A stretch of DNA of 51,483 nt from Nitrososphaerales archaeon (GCA_035300255.1 DATGVR010000042.1:1-51483); one strand, 5' to 3'; counted from the stretch's first letter, positions 22,922-32,526 are shown. The notes: a model not told the origin generated them from the letters alone. A program made the numbers and translations.

Positions 22922-23650
22922 TTGGGCAAGAAGGGTGGAAGGAACAGGATGAAGAGGCTCGCCGCACCTCGCAGCTGGGACATTTCGAGGAAGGCGCAGA
23001 GGTTCGTGTTCAAGCCCCTCCCGGGTCCGCACCCGATCGAGTCCTCCTACCCCCTAGGAGTCGTCATCAGGGACCTCGCATCCCTGGCCATACTTTCGAA
23101 GGAGCTAAAGTTCATGATGAAGACCGGCAAGGTGATGGTCGACGGCCGCCAACGAAGAGCGTCAAGTTTCCCAGTTGGCCTCTTCAACGTGGTCAGCGTC
23201 CCCCTCGAAGGAGTCGACTATCGCCTTGTTCCTTCCCCCAAGGGGTTGGCCCTGGCGAAGGTGAGTGAGGATGAGGCGAAGACCAAGCTTTGCAGCGTTC
23301 ACACCAAGACGAAGACTAGGGGCGGGCACATACAATATGGTTTGCACGACGGAAGGTCGGTGGTCGACGATGTCCTGAACCTTTCCCCGGGTGATTCAGT
23401 CCTCATTGAGGTTCCGTCCCAGAAGGTTCTGGGCCACGCGAAGTTAGCGAAGGGTTCTCTGGGCCTGGTGCTGACCGGGGACAGAGCCGGGCAGTTGGGG
23501 AGGATCGAGGACGTGAAGAAGGGGACAATTTCGAGAGAGAAGATGGTCAGGATTTCTCTTCCCAGCGGCGACGCTGAAATTCCGTCTCGCCTCGTCTTCC
23601 CGGTCGGGGAGGACCGCCCGATGATAACCGTTGGAGCCGGTCAGCCGTGA
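22922..23650 (+). CDS. rps4e: 30S ribosomal protein eS4
   Basis: GKKGGRNRMKRLAAPRSW N-terminus. TTG start directly after the rpl24 TAG. Confidence 0.9.
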   Translation: MGKKGGRNRMKRLAAPRSWDISRKAQRFVFKPLPGPHPIESSYPLGVVIRDLASLAILSKELKFMMKTGKVMVDGRQRRASSFPVGLFNVVSVPLEGVDYRLVPSPKGLALAKVSEDEAKTKLCSVHTKTKTRGGHIQYGLHDGRSVVDDVLNLSPGDSVLIEVPSQKVLGHAKLAKGSLGLVLTGDRAGQLGRIEDVKKGTISREKMVRISLPSGDAEIPSRLVFPVGEDRPMITVGAGQP

Positions 23651-24174
23651 GCCAAGAAGCCCTGCAGCAGAACCCGATGCGAAAGATCAGGGTGGGGAAG
23701 GTTGTAGTCAATATTGGACTGGGAAAGTCAGGGGAAGCGATCGAAAGGGGGAAGCGGGTGCTCGAGCAGGTGACGGGCCAGAAGCCAGCCCAGACCCGCG
23801 CGAAGAAATCCGTGAGGGACTTCGGCATCCACAAGGGAGAGCCCATCGGGGTCGTCGTCACCGTACGCGGGGAAGAAGCAGTCCCACTCATCGTGAAACT
23901 CCTCGCCGCCAGGGAAAAGAAATTGAATGAATCGTGCTTTGACTCGAGGGGCTCGGTATCCTTCGGGATCAAGGAACACATTGAGATCCCGGGGATCAGG
24001 TACGACCCCGCCATTGGGATCCTCGGCATGAACGTCTCCATCCTCCTGGAGCGTCCAGGCTTTGGTGTCTCCAGGCGCAGCAGACGTACGTCCAAGGTGG
24101 GGAGAAAGCACCTGATATCGAGGGACGAAGCCATGCAATACTTCAGGGACAATTTCGGGGTGACCGTCCAGTGA
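23647..24174 (+). CDS. rpl5: 50S ribosomal protein uL5
   Basis: [18 protein letters not shown]...[15 protein letters not shown] overlap with the rps4e stop. Confidence 0.95.
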   Translation: MSQEALQQNPMRKIRVGKVVVNIGLGKSGEAIERGKRVLEQVTGQKPAQTRAKKSVRDFGIHKGEPIGVVVTVRGEEAVPLIVKLLAAREKKLNESCFDSRGSVSFGIKEHIEIPGIRYDPAIGILGMNVSILLERPGFGVSRRSRRTSKVGRKHLISRDEAMQYFRDNFGVTVQ

Positions 24175-24332
24175 AAGAGAGGCATCCGAAAGTAAGGAAG
24201 TACGGCAAGTCCACCCACTACTGCCGCAGATGCGGCCAATACGGTGCGGTCATCAGGTCCTATGACCTCGTCCTCTGCAGGCAGTGCTTTAGAGAAGTAG
24301 CCGAGAAGCTGGGCTTCAGGAAATACGACTAG
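24171..24332 (+). CDS. rps14: 30S ribosomal protein uS14 (zinc-ribbon type, 53 aa)
   Basis: GTG 24171 overlaps the rpl5 TGA. The product is [53 protein letters not shown], with CxxC...CxxC. It is below the ORF-track cutoff, and I translated it by hand. Confidence 0.9.
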   Translation: MKERHPKVRKYGKSTHYCRRCGQYGAVIRSYDLVLCRQCFREVAEKLGFRKYD

Positions 24333-24343
24333 GGGGTTATGGA

Positions 24344-24736
24344 ATGCCTGCTACAAACGTCCTTGCAAACCTGTTCGCCAGCCTCCAAAACGCCGAAATG
24401 AGAAACAAGAAGGAATGCGTGGTAATCCCAGCCTCGAAGCTTGCCAGCGAGGTCCTCAGAGTACTTCAGAAGCGCAAGTACATCGGCGAGTTCGAGTTCA
24501 TCGACGATGGTCTCGGGGGTAAGCTCCGGGTCGAATTGCTCGGCAAGATCAACAAGTGCAGCGTGATATCACCAAGGTTCCCAGTCAGGTCCCTGAAGCT
24601 GGTCGATTGGGAGCACAGATACCTCCCTGCGGTCGGCGTCGGGACGCTGATCGTATCAACTCCTCAGGGTGTAATGTCCCATCTCGAAGCTCAGGAGAAG
24701 AAGATTGGAGGGAGGTTAATCGGCTATGTCTACTGA
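24344..24736 (+). CDS. rps8: 30S ribosomal protein uS8
   Basis: LANLFASLQNAEMRNKKEC...ISPRFPV...GGRLIGYVY. Confidence 0.95.
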   Translation: MPATNVLANLFASLQNAEMRNKKECVVIPASKLASEVLRVLQKRKYIGEFEFIDDGLGGKLRVELLGKINKCSVISPRFPVRSLKLVDWEHRYLPAVGVGTLIVSTPQGVMSHLEAQEKKIGGRLIGYVY

Positions 24737-25271
24737 GCCGCTACGCCAGCAACTCGTCGAGATGCCGGAAGGAGTGACAGTGGACCTCCAGGGTCGGGTC
24801 CTCTCTATCAAGGGAAAGCTCGGGGAGGGGAAGAAGCACTTCGACAAGATCAACGTGAATATCTCGGTCGAGGGTAACAAGGTCCTGATTTCTCCGTTCT
24901 CGAGGAAGAAGAAGGACAACGTCATAATCAACACAGTGACAAGCTTGGTAAACAATATGATAACCGGTGTGACCAAGGGCTACACCTACAAGTTGAAGGT
25001 CGTCTACGCCCACTTTCCCATCACCGTAAAAACGAAGGGGAGCCAGATCTTAGTCGAAAACTTCGTCGGGGAAAGGTCGCCCAGGGTGGCGCAGATCGTC
25101 GGTGATTGCAAGGTGACAATCGAAGGGGATGACGTCATCGTGAAGGGAGTCTCAGTCGAGGATGTGGGTCAGACGGCGGCTAACGTGGAGCTAGCTACGA
25201 AGATCAAGCGGAAGGACCAGAGGGTCTTCCTCGACGGCGTCTACATATACCATAAGGAGCAGGGCTGGTGA
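24726..25271 (+). CDS. rpl6: 50S ribosomal protein uL6
   Basis: Two-domain L6 pattern (GYTYKLKVVYAHFPI...). Position is after rps8. Confidence 0.9.
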   Translation: MSTEPLRQQLVEMPEGVTVDLQGRVLSIKGKLGEGKKHFDKINVNISVEGNKVLISPFSRKKKDNVIINTVTSLVNNMITGVTKGYTYKLKVVYAHFPITVKTKGSQILVENFVGERSPRVAQIVGDCKVTIEGDDVIVKGVSVEDVGQTAANVELATKIKRKDQRVFLDGVYIYHKEQGW

Positions 25272-25275
25272 AATC

Positions 25276-25704
25276 ATGGCCAAGCAGAAGGTCTCGGAAG
25301 AGAACAGGCTGAAGGCCCTGGTGGCCAAGAGGAAAGAGTTGGCCGAAAACAGGCCCGCTTTCATCAGGCAGGAGAGCTGGCGATATGTCAGAATTCACCC
25401 TGAATGGAGAAAGCCCAAGGGGATAGACAACAAGGTCAGACGTCAGGATAAGGGTTGGCCCGCCCTTGTGAGGATTGGCTACAGGGGTCCCGTAGAGGCA
25501 AGAGGGCTTCATCCCAGCGGGCATTTCGAGGTACTCGTGCAAAGGGTGACTGATCTCGACCGCCTGGTTCCCGGAAGGGACGTGGCCCGGATCGGCAGGA
25601 CTGTTGGCGCGAAGAAGAGGGAGGTCATACTCCTGAGGGCGACGGAGCTTGGTCTGCGCGTGGTGAATCCGACGGGGTTGAGGATAATTGAATCTAAAGA
25701 GTAA
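25276..25704 (+). CDS. rpl32e: 50S ribosomal protein eL32
   Basis: FIRQESWRYVRI...WRKPKGIDNKVR. Confidence 0.9.
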   Translation: MAKQKVSEENRLKALVAKRKELAENRPAFIRQESWRYVRIHPEWRKPKGIDNKVRRQDKGWPALVRIGYRGPVEARGLHPSGHFEVLVQRVTDLDRLVPGRDVARIGRTVGAKKREVILLRATELGLRVVNPTGLRIIESKE

Positions 25705-26122
25705 GAGACGTCTTGCGGCATCGGTCCTGGGGGTCGGCACAGACAGGATCATCTTCGACGTCGAGTACTCCGACCTCATACAGGACGCCATAACTCGAAG
25801 CACAATCAGAGGACTAGTCGGCTTTGGTGCGATCAAGGTCGCCCCGGAAAAGGGGGTCTCGCGCGGAAGATTCAGGGAGCGGTCGAGAAAACTCAAGCGC
25901 GGCAGAGGCGCGGGCTCGACGGAAGGCGCCGCCTTCGCGCGAAACCCGAGGAAGGACAGGTGGATCGCCAAAGTACGCGCGCTCAGATGGAGACTCAAGG
26001 TGGCAAAGGACAGGGAGGAAATCAGCCAGGTTGCCTACAAGAAACTCTACAAGCAGGTCAAGGGAGGGCAGGTCAGAGGCGTAAAGCACCTCCTAGATCT
26101 GATGAAGGAGGCGAAGAAGTGA
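25688..26122 (+). CDS. rpl19e: 50S ribosomal protein eL19
   Basis: NLKSKRRLAASVLGVGTDRIIFD N-terminus. TTG start. Confidence 0.9.
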   Translation: MNLKSKRRLAASVLGVGTDRIIFDVEYSDLIQDAITRSTIRGLVGFGAIKVAPEKGVSRGRFRERSRKLKRGRGAGSTEGAAFARNPRKDRWIAKVRALRWRLKVAKDREEISQVAYKKLYKQVKGGQVRGVKHLLDLMKEAKK

Positions 26123-26703
26123 GGTCCACGCATGTCCCCCTCCTGAAGAGACGACGCGAAGGGATCACGGACTACAGGGCAAGGAAGAGGGCGATCACGT
26201 CCCTGAGGCCCCTCCTAGTCGTCCGTATTTCGAACAAGAACGTTTCTTCTCAGTTCGTTAAGCCGACCGTAAAGGGGGACGTCGTCCTGTCCTCGGCTCA
26301 CTCGAAGGAGCTTTCGAAGCTGGGATGGAAGGGTTCTCCGAAGTCGACGCCGGCCTGCTATCTGCTCGGGCTACTCGCCGGCAAAAAGGCTCTCTCTTCA
26401 GGGGTCAAAGAAGCCGTTGTCTATAATGGTCTTGTGCCGTTCATCAGGGGTTCGAGGATAGCGGCCTTCCTCAAAGGTGTAATCGACGCCGGAGTAAGAG
26501 TACCCGTGGGAGAGCAAGCCTTCCCGAGCGAGGAGAGGCTCACAGGCAAATCCATCGCGGAATACGCCACTCGACTATCCTCCCAGGACAAAGGGGCATA
26601 CGAACGAAGTTACTCGGCCCTCCTCAAAGAGGGTTTCAAGCCTGAAGAATACCCGACGCAATTCGAGAAGCTGAAGACAGCGATAACAGGGGCCAAGAGT
26701 TGA
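26119..26703 (+). CDS. rpl18: 50S ribosomal protein uL18
   Basis: LLKRRREGITDYRARKRAI...LVVRISNKNVSSQF. GTG 26119 overlaps the rpl19e TGA. The listed ORF start 25960 lies inside rpl19e. Confidence 0.9.
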   Translation: MRSTHVPLLKRRREGITDYRARKRAITSLRPLLVVRISNKNVSSQFVKPTVKGDVVLSSAHSKELSKLGWKGSPKSTPACYLLGLLAGKKALSSGVKEAVVYNGLVPFIRGSRIAAFLKGVIDAGVRVPVGEQAFPSEERLTGKSIAEYATRLSSQDKGAYERSYSALLKEGFKPEEYPTQFEKLKTAITGAKS

Positions 26704-27332
26704 TGTCGTCCTATGGCAGGCGAGACCGCCAGGAGGAGGAACAGGTCTGGGTCCCCCGGACCAAACTTGGTACGCTCGTCAACGACGGTAAGATAACGTC
26801 TCTGGACGAAATATTCAGGAGCGGGCAGAGGGTGAGGGAAGCGGAAATCGTCAAAAAGCTCCTCCCAGAGCTTCGAAACGAGGTGGTGGGGGTGAGCGTG
26901 GTCCAGAAACAGACCGACGCAGGGGAGCTCACAAGATTCTTGGCCGTCGTAGCTGTCGGCAACGGAGCAGGTTGGTTCGGTGTTGGTAAAGGGAAGGCGA
27001 TGCAGACGAGGGAGGCCATCGAGAAGGCTACGACTGCAGCGTTGCTGAACATAATACCCGTCAAGCTAGGATGTGGTTCCTGGGAATGCCGAGACGGCAG
27101 GCCCCACTCCGTCCCGTACAAGATCAGAGGGAAGGCAGGAAGCGTTACCGTCGAAATCATCCCTGCCCCGAGGGCACTGGGCTTGGTCGCCGGACCCGCC
27201 CTGAAGAGTCTGCTTCAGCTCGCCGGGGTGAAGGATGCCTGGGTCAGGACATTCGGATCCACAAACACGATGTCTTCCCTGGCGAACGCAGTCTACGATG
27301 CCTTCAGGATGTCCCACGGGCTCAACGTATAG
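26703..27332 (+). CDS. rps5: 30S ribosomal protein uS5
   Basis: WVPRTKLGTLV...VVAVGNGAGWFGVGKGKA. ATG 26703 overlaps the rpl18 TGA, with TTG 26700 also in frame. Confidence 0.95.
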   Translation: MSSYGRRDRQEEEQVWVPRTKLGTLVNDGKITSLDEIFRSGQRVREAEIVKKLLPELRNEVVGVSVVQKQTDAGELTRFLAVVAVGNGAGWFGVGKGKAMQTREAIEKATTAALLNIIPVKLGCGSWECRDGRPHSVPYKIRGKAGSVTVEIIPAPRALGLVAGPALKSLLQLAGVKDAWVRTFGSTNTMSSLANAVYDAFRMSHGLNV

Positions 27333-27340
27333 GTGAATCG

Positions 27341-27808
27341 ATGATGGGTCTAATTCTGGTTGTGAACCTGCACGGGGTCATCAACTCATCAGCTCCCGTT
27401 AGGAAGGCATTGACCGAGCTCTGGGTGGCGAAGAGGTTCTCGGCCTCGGTCGTGACGGACGACGCCCCGACTGTCGGGATGTTGAAGCTTTGCAAGGACT
27501 ACATCGCCTGGGCTCCAGTCAAGGAAGACCTGCTCGCAGACCTTCTAAAGAACCGCGGAATGGTCAGTTCGACGAAGACCCTCGACCAAGCGGCGTTGAA
27601 AGTGATAGGGTACAAGAAGCACGAAGATTTGGCTGCGAAGATGGTGAAGGACCAGGTCAGGCTCTCCGCAGTCGGCGGAGTCCTCCCCTACTTCAGACTG
27701 GCACCTCCGAAGGGAGGGTTCAAGCGCTCAATGCGAAGGCAATTCTCGGAAAGAGGGCTGCTTGGGAGCAACCCGAACCTCGATGACATAGTCAGGAGGA
27801 TGGTCTAG
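27341..27808 (+). CDS. rpl30: 50S ribosomal protein uL30
   Basis: LILVVNLHGVINSSAPVRKALTEL...FRLAPPKGGF. ATG 27341 is preceded by AGGTGA. Confidence 0.9.
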   Translation: MMGLILVVNLHGVINSSAPVRKALTELWVAKRFSASVVTDDAPTVGMLKLCKDYIAWAPVKEDLLADLLKNRGMVSSTKTLDQAALKVIGYKKHEDLAAKMVKDQVRLSAVGGVLPYFRLAPPKGGFKRSMRRQFSERGLLGSNPNLDDIVRRMV

Positions 27809-27809
27809 G

Positions 27810-28214
27810 CTGCCAACAAGGCTCCGCAAGGCGAGGAGGTACAGAGGGATGAGGACCCACGGTTACGGCCAGATAGGTCAACACAGACACTCTGGAAAGC
27901 AGGGGGGGCATGGCAACGCCGGACTTCACAAGCACAAGTGGAGCTGGCTGATTCTCAACGACCCCGACCACTTCGGCCGAGACCCGTTCAGGCCACCCAG
28001 TTACTATGTCCACCCTGCCACCTGGGTCAACGTCGGCGACCTGGACGGCCTGGCCAGCGGAAGCAAGGCCCTCGACCTGACTTCGATCGGGGTCGAGAAA
28101 CTCCTCGGGTCGGGGGAGGTCGGAGGCGCCTACCAAGTGAAGGTAGCTTCCTTTACGAAGAAAGCTCAGGCTAAAATAGAGGCCGCAGGCGGAAAGATAC
28201 TGGTCCAGGAGTAA
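27810..28214 (+). CDS. rpl15: 50S ribosomal protein uL15, apparent CTG start
   Basis: The conserved basic N-terminus PTRLRKARRYRGMRTHGYGQ is encoded upstream of the first ATG (27849). The only initiator-like codon is CTG 27810, which has GGAGG 10 nt upstream. The minimal ORF is 27849-28214. Confidence 0.85.
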   Translation: MPTRLRKARRYRGMRTHGYGQIGQHRHSGKQGGHGNAGLHKHKWSWLILNDPDHFGRDPFRPPSYYVHPATWVNVGDLDGLASGSKALDLTSIGVEKLLGSGEVGGAYQVKVASFTKKAQAKIEAAGGKILVQE

Positions 28215-28225
28215 GTCTCCAGCCC

Positions 28226-29695
28226 TTGGCTTCGATGCGCGAATTCATGAAAAGCGTAGGGACGATACTCCCTGAGATACCGAAGCCCGAGAAGAAGCCC
28301 ACCCTGAATGAGCGATTCGTCTGGACCGGATTCGCCCTCATCGCCTACCTGATCATGGCGACCACCCCGCTCTACGGGTTCGGCGGGCCCGGCCACCAAC
28401 AGGACCAGCTCGCGTTCCTGAGGGTCGTCTTCGCATCGACGCAGGGGACTCTGATGGAGCTGGGTATCGGCCCTATAGTGACTTCGGGACTCATCCTTCA
28501 GCTGCTCGTTGGCAGTGACATAATCAAGCTGAACATGAGCGACTCGGCCGACAGGGCCATCTTCGGCTCGGCGACCAAGTTCCTGACGATGATAGTCATA
28601 GTAGGGGAGTCTCTCGCCTACATCCTGGGAGGAGCCCTGGGCCCCGCGTGCTCGACCGGAGTTACGGCCAACTGCCTTACGCCGAATCAGGACCTGATAA
28701 TTTTCGTTCAGCTTTTCATCGCCAGCCTAATGGTACTCCTTCTCGACGAGTTGATCCAGAAGGGGTGGGGGATCGGGAGCGGGGTCAGCCTCTTCATCCT
28801 CGCCGGAGTCTGCCAGACAGTGATGTGGTACACCTTCTCGCCCATTCCGTTCGCTGTAAGTTCCACACAGACTGAGCTCTTCGGGTTCATCCCCGCACTC
28901 GTGAGCTCTTTCTTCACTAACACTCTGCCCACAATAGTCGTCAGGGGTTTCAAGTACCCGAGCCTCTTGACATTCGTACTCACCCTTGTGATGCTACTCG
29001 TCCTCATCTACATCGAGGGCATAAGAGTCGAACTCCCCATCACCTCGATAAAGTATCGAGGGTTCCAGGGGGTATATCCGATCAAGCTGCTCTACGTCTC
29101 GAACATCCCCGTCATCCTGGTCTCCGCCCTCGGCGCCAACGTCACCTTCTTCTCCAGGCTGCTCTACAATTACGTCGGGAGCAACCCACCCTGGTGGTTC
29201 CACTACATCGCCGTCTTCCCCACTCAGACCAACGCAACTACCTCGAGCTCCTATCCCATCGGGGGGCTGGTCTACTACATGTCCCCGCCCCAGGGAGTAA
29301 ACAACACCGTAGCCGACCCCATCCATGCCGCGATCTACCTCCTGTACCTGATAGGAATGGCGGTGCTCTTCGCCAGATTGTGGGTGGAGATCGGCGGATT
29401 GAACCCGCACGCCGTCGCAAAGAACCTGATGGACGCCCAGGTCCAGGTCCCTGGGTTCAGGAGGACCGGGCTTTCGATCGAACAGATGCTTAACAGGTAC
29501 ATACCCACACTCACGATAATCGGCGGAATATTGATCGGCCTGGTTGCAGGCGTCTCTGACCTTTTCGGGGTCTTCGGATCAGGAATTGGGATCCTGCTGA
29601 TGGTGGACATCATACTCCAGTACTATCAGATGTTGCTCAAGGAACAGGTGGAAGAGGTCTCCCCTGCCCTGGCCGGCCTGATAGGAGCTGGGTAG
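28226..29695 (+). CDS. secY: preprotein translocase subunit SecY
   Basis: 489 aa with ten hydrophobic segments, GIGPIVTSGLILQLL, and the conserved position after rpl15. Confidence 0.95.
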   Translation: MASMREFMKSVGTILPEIPKPEKKPTLNERFVWTGFALIAYLIMATTPLYGFGGPGHQQDQLAFLRVVFASTQGTLMELGIGPIVTSGLILQLLVGSDIIKLNMSDSADRAIFGSATKFLTMIVIVGESLAYILGGALGPACSTGVTANCLTPNQDLIIFVQLFIASLMVLLLDELIQKGWGIGSGVSLFILAGVCQTVMWYTFSPIPFAVSSTQTELFGFIPALVSSFFTNTLPTIVVRGFKYPSLLTFVLTLVMLLVLIYIEGIRVELPITSIKYRGFQGVYPIKLLYVSNIPVILVSALGANVTFFSRLLYNYVGSNPPWWFHYIAVFPTQTNATTSSSYPIGGLVYYMSPPQGVNNTVADPIHAAIYLLYLIGMAVLFARLWVEIGGLNPHAVAKNLMDAQVQVPGFRRTGLSIEQMLNRYIPTLTIIGGILIGLVAGVSDLFGVFGSGIGILLMVDIILQYYQMLLKEQVEEVSPALAGLIGAG

Positions 29696-30271
29696 GTGGT
29701 GGGACTGCGTGTCGTCGTCGTCGGCGTTCCGGGCGTTGGGAAGACCACGGTCGTGGAAGGCCTCGTTTCCGAATACCGCGGGGCGAAGCTGGTCAACTTC
29801 GGCACTGTGATGTTGAAGACAGGGCTCTCGCTGAAGTGGATCAAGAACAGGGACGACATCCGAAAACTCACCGTCGAAAAGCAGAGGAGCCTGCAAAAGG
29901 TCGCAGCCTCCAAGATTTCAAAGATGAAAGACCGGACAGTCGTGGTAGACACACATCTGTTCATTAGGACGAAAGAAGGATTCTGGCCCGGGCTTCCGTT
30001 CGATGTTGTAAGGGCACTGAGGCCCACGCATCTTGTACTCGTTCAAGCCAGCCCCGAGGAGGTCGCAAGGAGGAGGACCGCAGACAGCAAGAGGTACCGG
30101 GACACGGTGACCATGGATGACCTCGAAGAGGAGCTCGGCCTCGCTCGAAGCTTCCTGGCCGTGTCTTCGACGCTTACGGGTGCTCCGATGCTGATGGTGA
30201 ACAACAGCGAAGGAAGGGCCGCGGAGGTCGCGTCGGAAATCGCTTCCATGCTAAGAGGCGCGGTCGCGTGA
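29696..30271 (+). CDS. adkA: archaeal-type adenylate kinase
   Basis: P-loop VVVGVPGVGKTT and position after secY. GTG start directly after the secY TAG. Confidence 0.9.
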   Translation: MVGLRVVVVGVPGVGKTTVVEGLVSEYRGAKLVNFGTVMLKTGLSLKWIKNRDDIRKLTVEKQRSLQKVAASKISKMKDRTVVVDTHLFIRTKEGFWPGLPFDVVRALRPTHLVLVQASPEEVARRRTADSKRYRDTVTMDDLEEELGLARSFLAVSSTLTGAPMLMVNNSEGRAAEVASEIASMLRGAVA

Positions 30272-30798
30272 TACTGGACATCCTCTTAGCTGTCAATTCG
30301 ACTACCACGACAACCACGGTCACCGGAGCGTCATCGGCCTTTCCCATTCCGGAGTCCACCTTCCTCGTGACGCTGACGTCCGTAGGCCTGGGCCTCATAA
30401 CTCAGTTCGTAACCAGATATGTCGTCGACCTCAAGGCGGAAAGGAGGATGAAGGCTGAGGTGGGTGCGTTCAACAAGGAGAAGAGGGACGCGACGGCGGC
30501 AGGAGACAAGGCGAAGCTTGAGAAGCTCAAGAAAAGAGAAGTGCAAGTGAGGCAAGCCCAGGCGAAGGTCTCAACCGCCAGGTTCAAGGTGACAGCAATC
30601 ACCTTCATTCCCCTTCTTGGCGTCTACTACCTGATGGCTTCCTTCCTCGGCGGCTTCGGGGTGATAGTGGCCCACTCCCCAATCCCGATACCATACCTGG
30701 TCAACGCCGACGGAACTGTCAGTCTCTTCTGGTGGTACTTCCTGAGTTCGTTCACATTTTCCACAATGCTGAGCAAACTCCTTCACACGACGACATAG
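30268..30798 (+). CDS. DUF106 / EMC3-TMCO1-like membrane protein (Oxa1-superfamily insertase-like)
   Basis: A TM helix, then a Lys/Glu-rich coiled coil (KAERRMKAEVGAFNKEKRD...KLKKREVQVRQAQ), then two TM helices. It occupies the conserved secY-adk-DUF106-cmk position. Confidence 0.7.
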   Translation: MILDILLAVNSTTTTTTVTGASSAFPIPESTFLVTLTSVGLGLITQFVTRYVVDLKAERRMKAEVGAFNKEKRDATAAGDKAKLEKLKKREVQVRQAQAKVSTARFKVTAITFIPLLGVYYLMASFLGGFGVIVAHSPIPIPYLVNADGTVSLFWWYFLSSFTFSTMLSKLLHTTT

Positions 30799-30812
30799 CA
30801 CAAGTTGTTCTC

Positions 30813-31373
30813 TTGAGGGCCATCATCATTTCAGGGATGCCCGCCGTAGGGAAGACGACCGTTTCAAAGGCGGTCGCAGAAGCGCTTTCGACCCAAATGG
30901 TGGGAGGGGGAGACGTCCTCAAGGAAATGGCAATCGAGGAGGGGTACATCCCTGGAGGAGAAGATTGGTGGGACAAGGGGGAGGGGATGAAGTTCCTTCG
31001 GGAAAGAAAGCGTTCCTCGGGCTTCGATAAGGAGGTCGACGCCAGGTTGCTTCACAAGGCCAAGAAGGGAGACGTAGTAATCACCAGTTACCCTGTCCCC
31101 TGGCTCACCAAGGACGGGCTCAAGGTCTGGCTCTCCGGGAGCGTGAAAAGCAGAGCGGCCAGGATGGCCAAGAGAGACGGAGTCCCAGTCTCAAAGTGCC
31201 TGAAGGTGCTTTCCGTCAGGGACATCGAGAACTACAAGCTTTACAAGAAGATCTACGGCATCGAGTTCGGGAAGGACCTGGCTCCTTTCGACCTCGTCAT
31301 CGAGACCGACTCAATAAATGAGTCTCGGGTGGCTGAAATAATACTGCATTACGTGAAGAATAGAAGGGACTAA
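30813..31373 (+). CDS. cmk: cytidylate kinase (archaeal type)
   Basis: P-loop IIISGMPAVGKTT. TTG 30813 gives a typical N-terminus. The listed start 30732 overlaps the preceding gene. Confidence 0.8.
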   Translation: MRAIIISGMPAVGKTTVSKAVAEALSTQMVGGGDVLKEMAIEEGYIPGGEDWWDKGEGMKFLRERKRSSGFDKEVDARLLHKAKKGDVVITSYPVPWLTKDGLKVWLSGSVKSRAARMAKRDGVPVSKCLKVLSVRDIENYKLYKKIYGIEFGKDLAPFDLVIETDSINESRVAEIILHYVKNRRD

Positions 31374-31374
31374 C

Positions 31375-32367
31375 GTGCAACCCCAAAAGATGATCGTGCT
31401 CGACGATGAGCCCCAGGACCCTGAGCATGGCCATCCCCCTTCCAAACGCCCAATCCCGGCGATGTTGGAATATGGTCTCGTTCCGCTCGACAAGCCGCGA
31501 GGGCCCACCAGCCACGAGATAGTCGCCTGGACGAAGAGGTTGCTGGGTGTTCAAAGGGCCGGCCACAGCGGCACCCTCGACCCTCCGGTGTCAGGGCTCC
31601 TTCCAATCGGACTCGGGCGTGCAACACGTGCCCTCAGCCTCCTATTACTTTTCCCCAAGGAGTATCGCGGAGTAATGAGGCTGCACTCGTCTGTCCCCCG
31701 GAAGCAGCTCGACGCGGTCATCGCCGAGTTCACGGGAGAAATCTTCCAGAGACCCCCTCAGCGCTCTTCGGTTAGTAGGCGGACGAGGAGCCGGACAGTC
31801 TACGAGCTTGAAATCACTGAGGCGGCAGGAAACCTGTACCTCTTCAGATGCCTCTGCCAGTCGGGGACGTATATTCGAAAGCTTGTTTACGATATGGGCG
31901 AAGTCCTGGGGGTCGGTGCCACGATGGTCGAACTCCGTCGGACCCGGGTAGGCCCCCTATCCGAGACGGGTGGACTCGTTACTCTTCATCAGCTCAATGA
32001 CGCCATGTACAGGCTCAAGAACGGCGATGAGGCCCTCCTGAGGAATCTTGTCCGTCCGATTGAGGAAACGCTGGGCAACATCCCAAGGATAGTTGTCCGT
32101 GATTCGGCCGTCGATGCAATCTGTCATGGGGCTCGCCTAGGGATTCCCGGGATACTCTCCCTTTCCGATGGGATCAAGAAGGACGACACACTTGTTCTGA
32201 TGAGCTCGAAGCTAGAGCTCGTGGCAATCGGGAAGGCGCTCCTCTCCTCCGACGACATGCGGTCGCATCAGAAGGGACTCGCGTCGACAACGGAACGCGT
32301 AATCATGACCCTTGGGACTTATCCGAAACTCTGGAAGAGTCATTCAGCTAAGAAGAAGGAGGCATGA
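31375..32367 (+). CDS. cbf5: H/ACA RNP pseudouridine synthase Cbf5 (TruB family with PUA domain)
   Basis: DKPRGPTSHEIV, GHSGTLDPPVSGLLPIGLGRATR, and a C-terminal PUA-like region. Confidence 0.9.
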   Translation: MQPQKMIVLDDEPQDPEHGHPPSKRPIPAMLEYGLVPLDKPRGPTSHEIVAWTKRLLGVQRAGHSGTLDPPVSGLLPIGLGRATRALSLLLLFPKEYRGVMRLHSSVPRKQLDAVIAEFTGEIFQRPPQRSSVSRRTRSRTVYELEITEAAGNLYLFRCLCQSGTYIRKLVYDMGEVLGVGATMVELRRTRVGPLSETGGLVTLHQLNDAMYRLKNGDEALLRNLVRPIEETLGNIPRIVVRDSAVDAICHGARLGIPGILSLSDGIKKDDTLVLMSSKLELVAIGKALLSSDDMRSHQKGLASTTERVIMTLGTYPKLWKSHSAKKKEA

Positions 32368-32429
32368 CAAGCCCTGCCATGATATCGTCAGGAAGAAATT
32401 AGCGTTCCCGCGAAATTCGCCGGTAGAGG

Positions 32430-32435
32430 TTTTAA
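32430..32435 (+). promoter_or_regulatory. TTTTAA box upstream of tRNA-Ser
   Basis: Ends 24 nt before tRNA nt 1 (32459). Confidence 0.4.
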
Positions 32436-32488
32436 GCCTCGGGATTTCGGCACGGGTCGCCGGGGTCGCCTAATCTGGTAGGGCGCAG

Positions 32489-32503
32489 ATCATCATCGCG
32501 AAA
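32489..32503 (+). other. tRNA-Ser intron 1 (15 nt, 5' strand of anticodon stem, position 29/30)
   Basis: Relaxed BHB: central helix CGC/GCG (plus a G.A), bulges AGA and AAG, outer helix UAGG/CCUG, and no inner helix. Confidence 0.6.
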
Positions 32504-32511
32504 GCCTGGAA

Positions 32512-32526
32512 ACCCGCAGGCCAGCC
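32512..32526 (+). other. tRNA-Ser intron 2 (15 nt, canonical position 37/38)
   Basis: Textbook BHB: central helix CUGG/CCAG, 3-nt bulges AAA and CCA, inner helix CC/GG with loop CGCA. The outer helix is the anticodon stem. Confidence 0.8.

Noticed and set aside
25960-26118. Upstream extensions of listed ORFs for rpl18 (25960), rpl30 (27071), rpl24 (22580), cmk (30732), mvk (45695), gltX (48491) and the Rieske gene (14202)
   Set aside because: Each extension lies inside the preceding conserved gene in another frame and is Arg/Gly/Pro-rich. Homology-like sequence begins at the downstream start that abuts or overlaps the previous stop codon.
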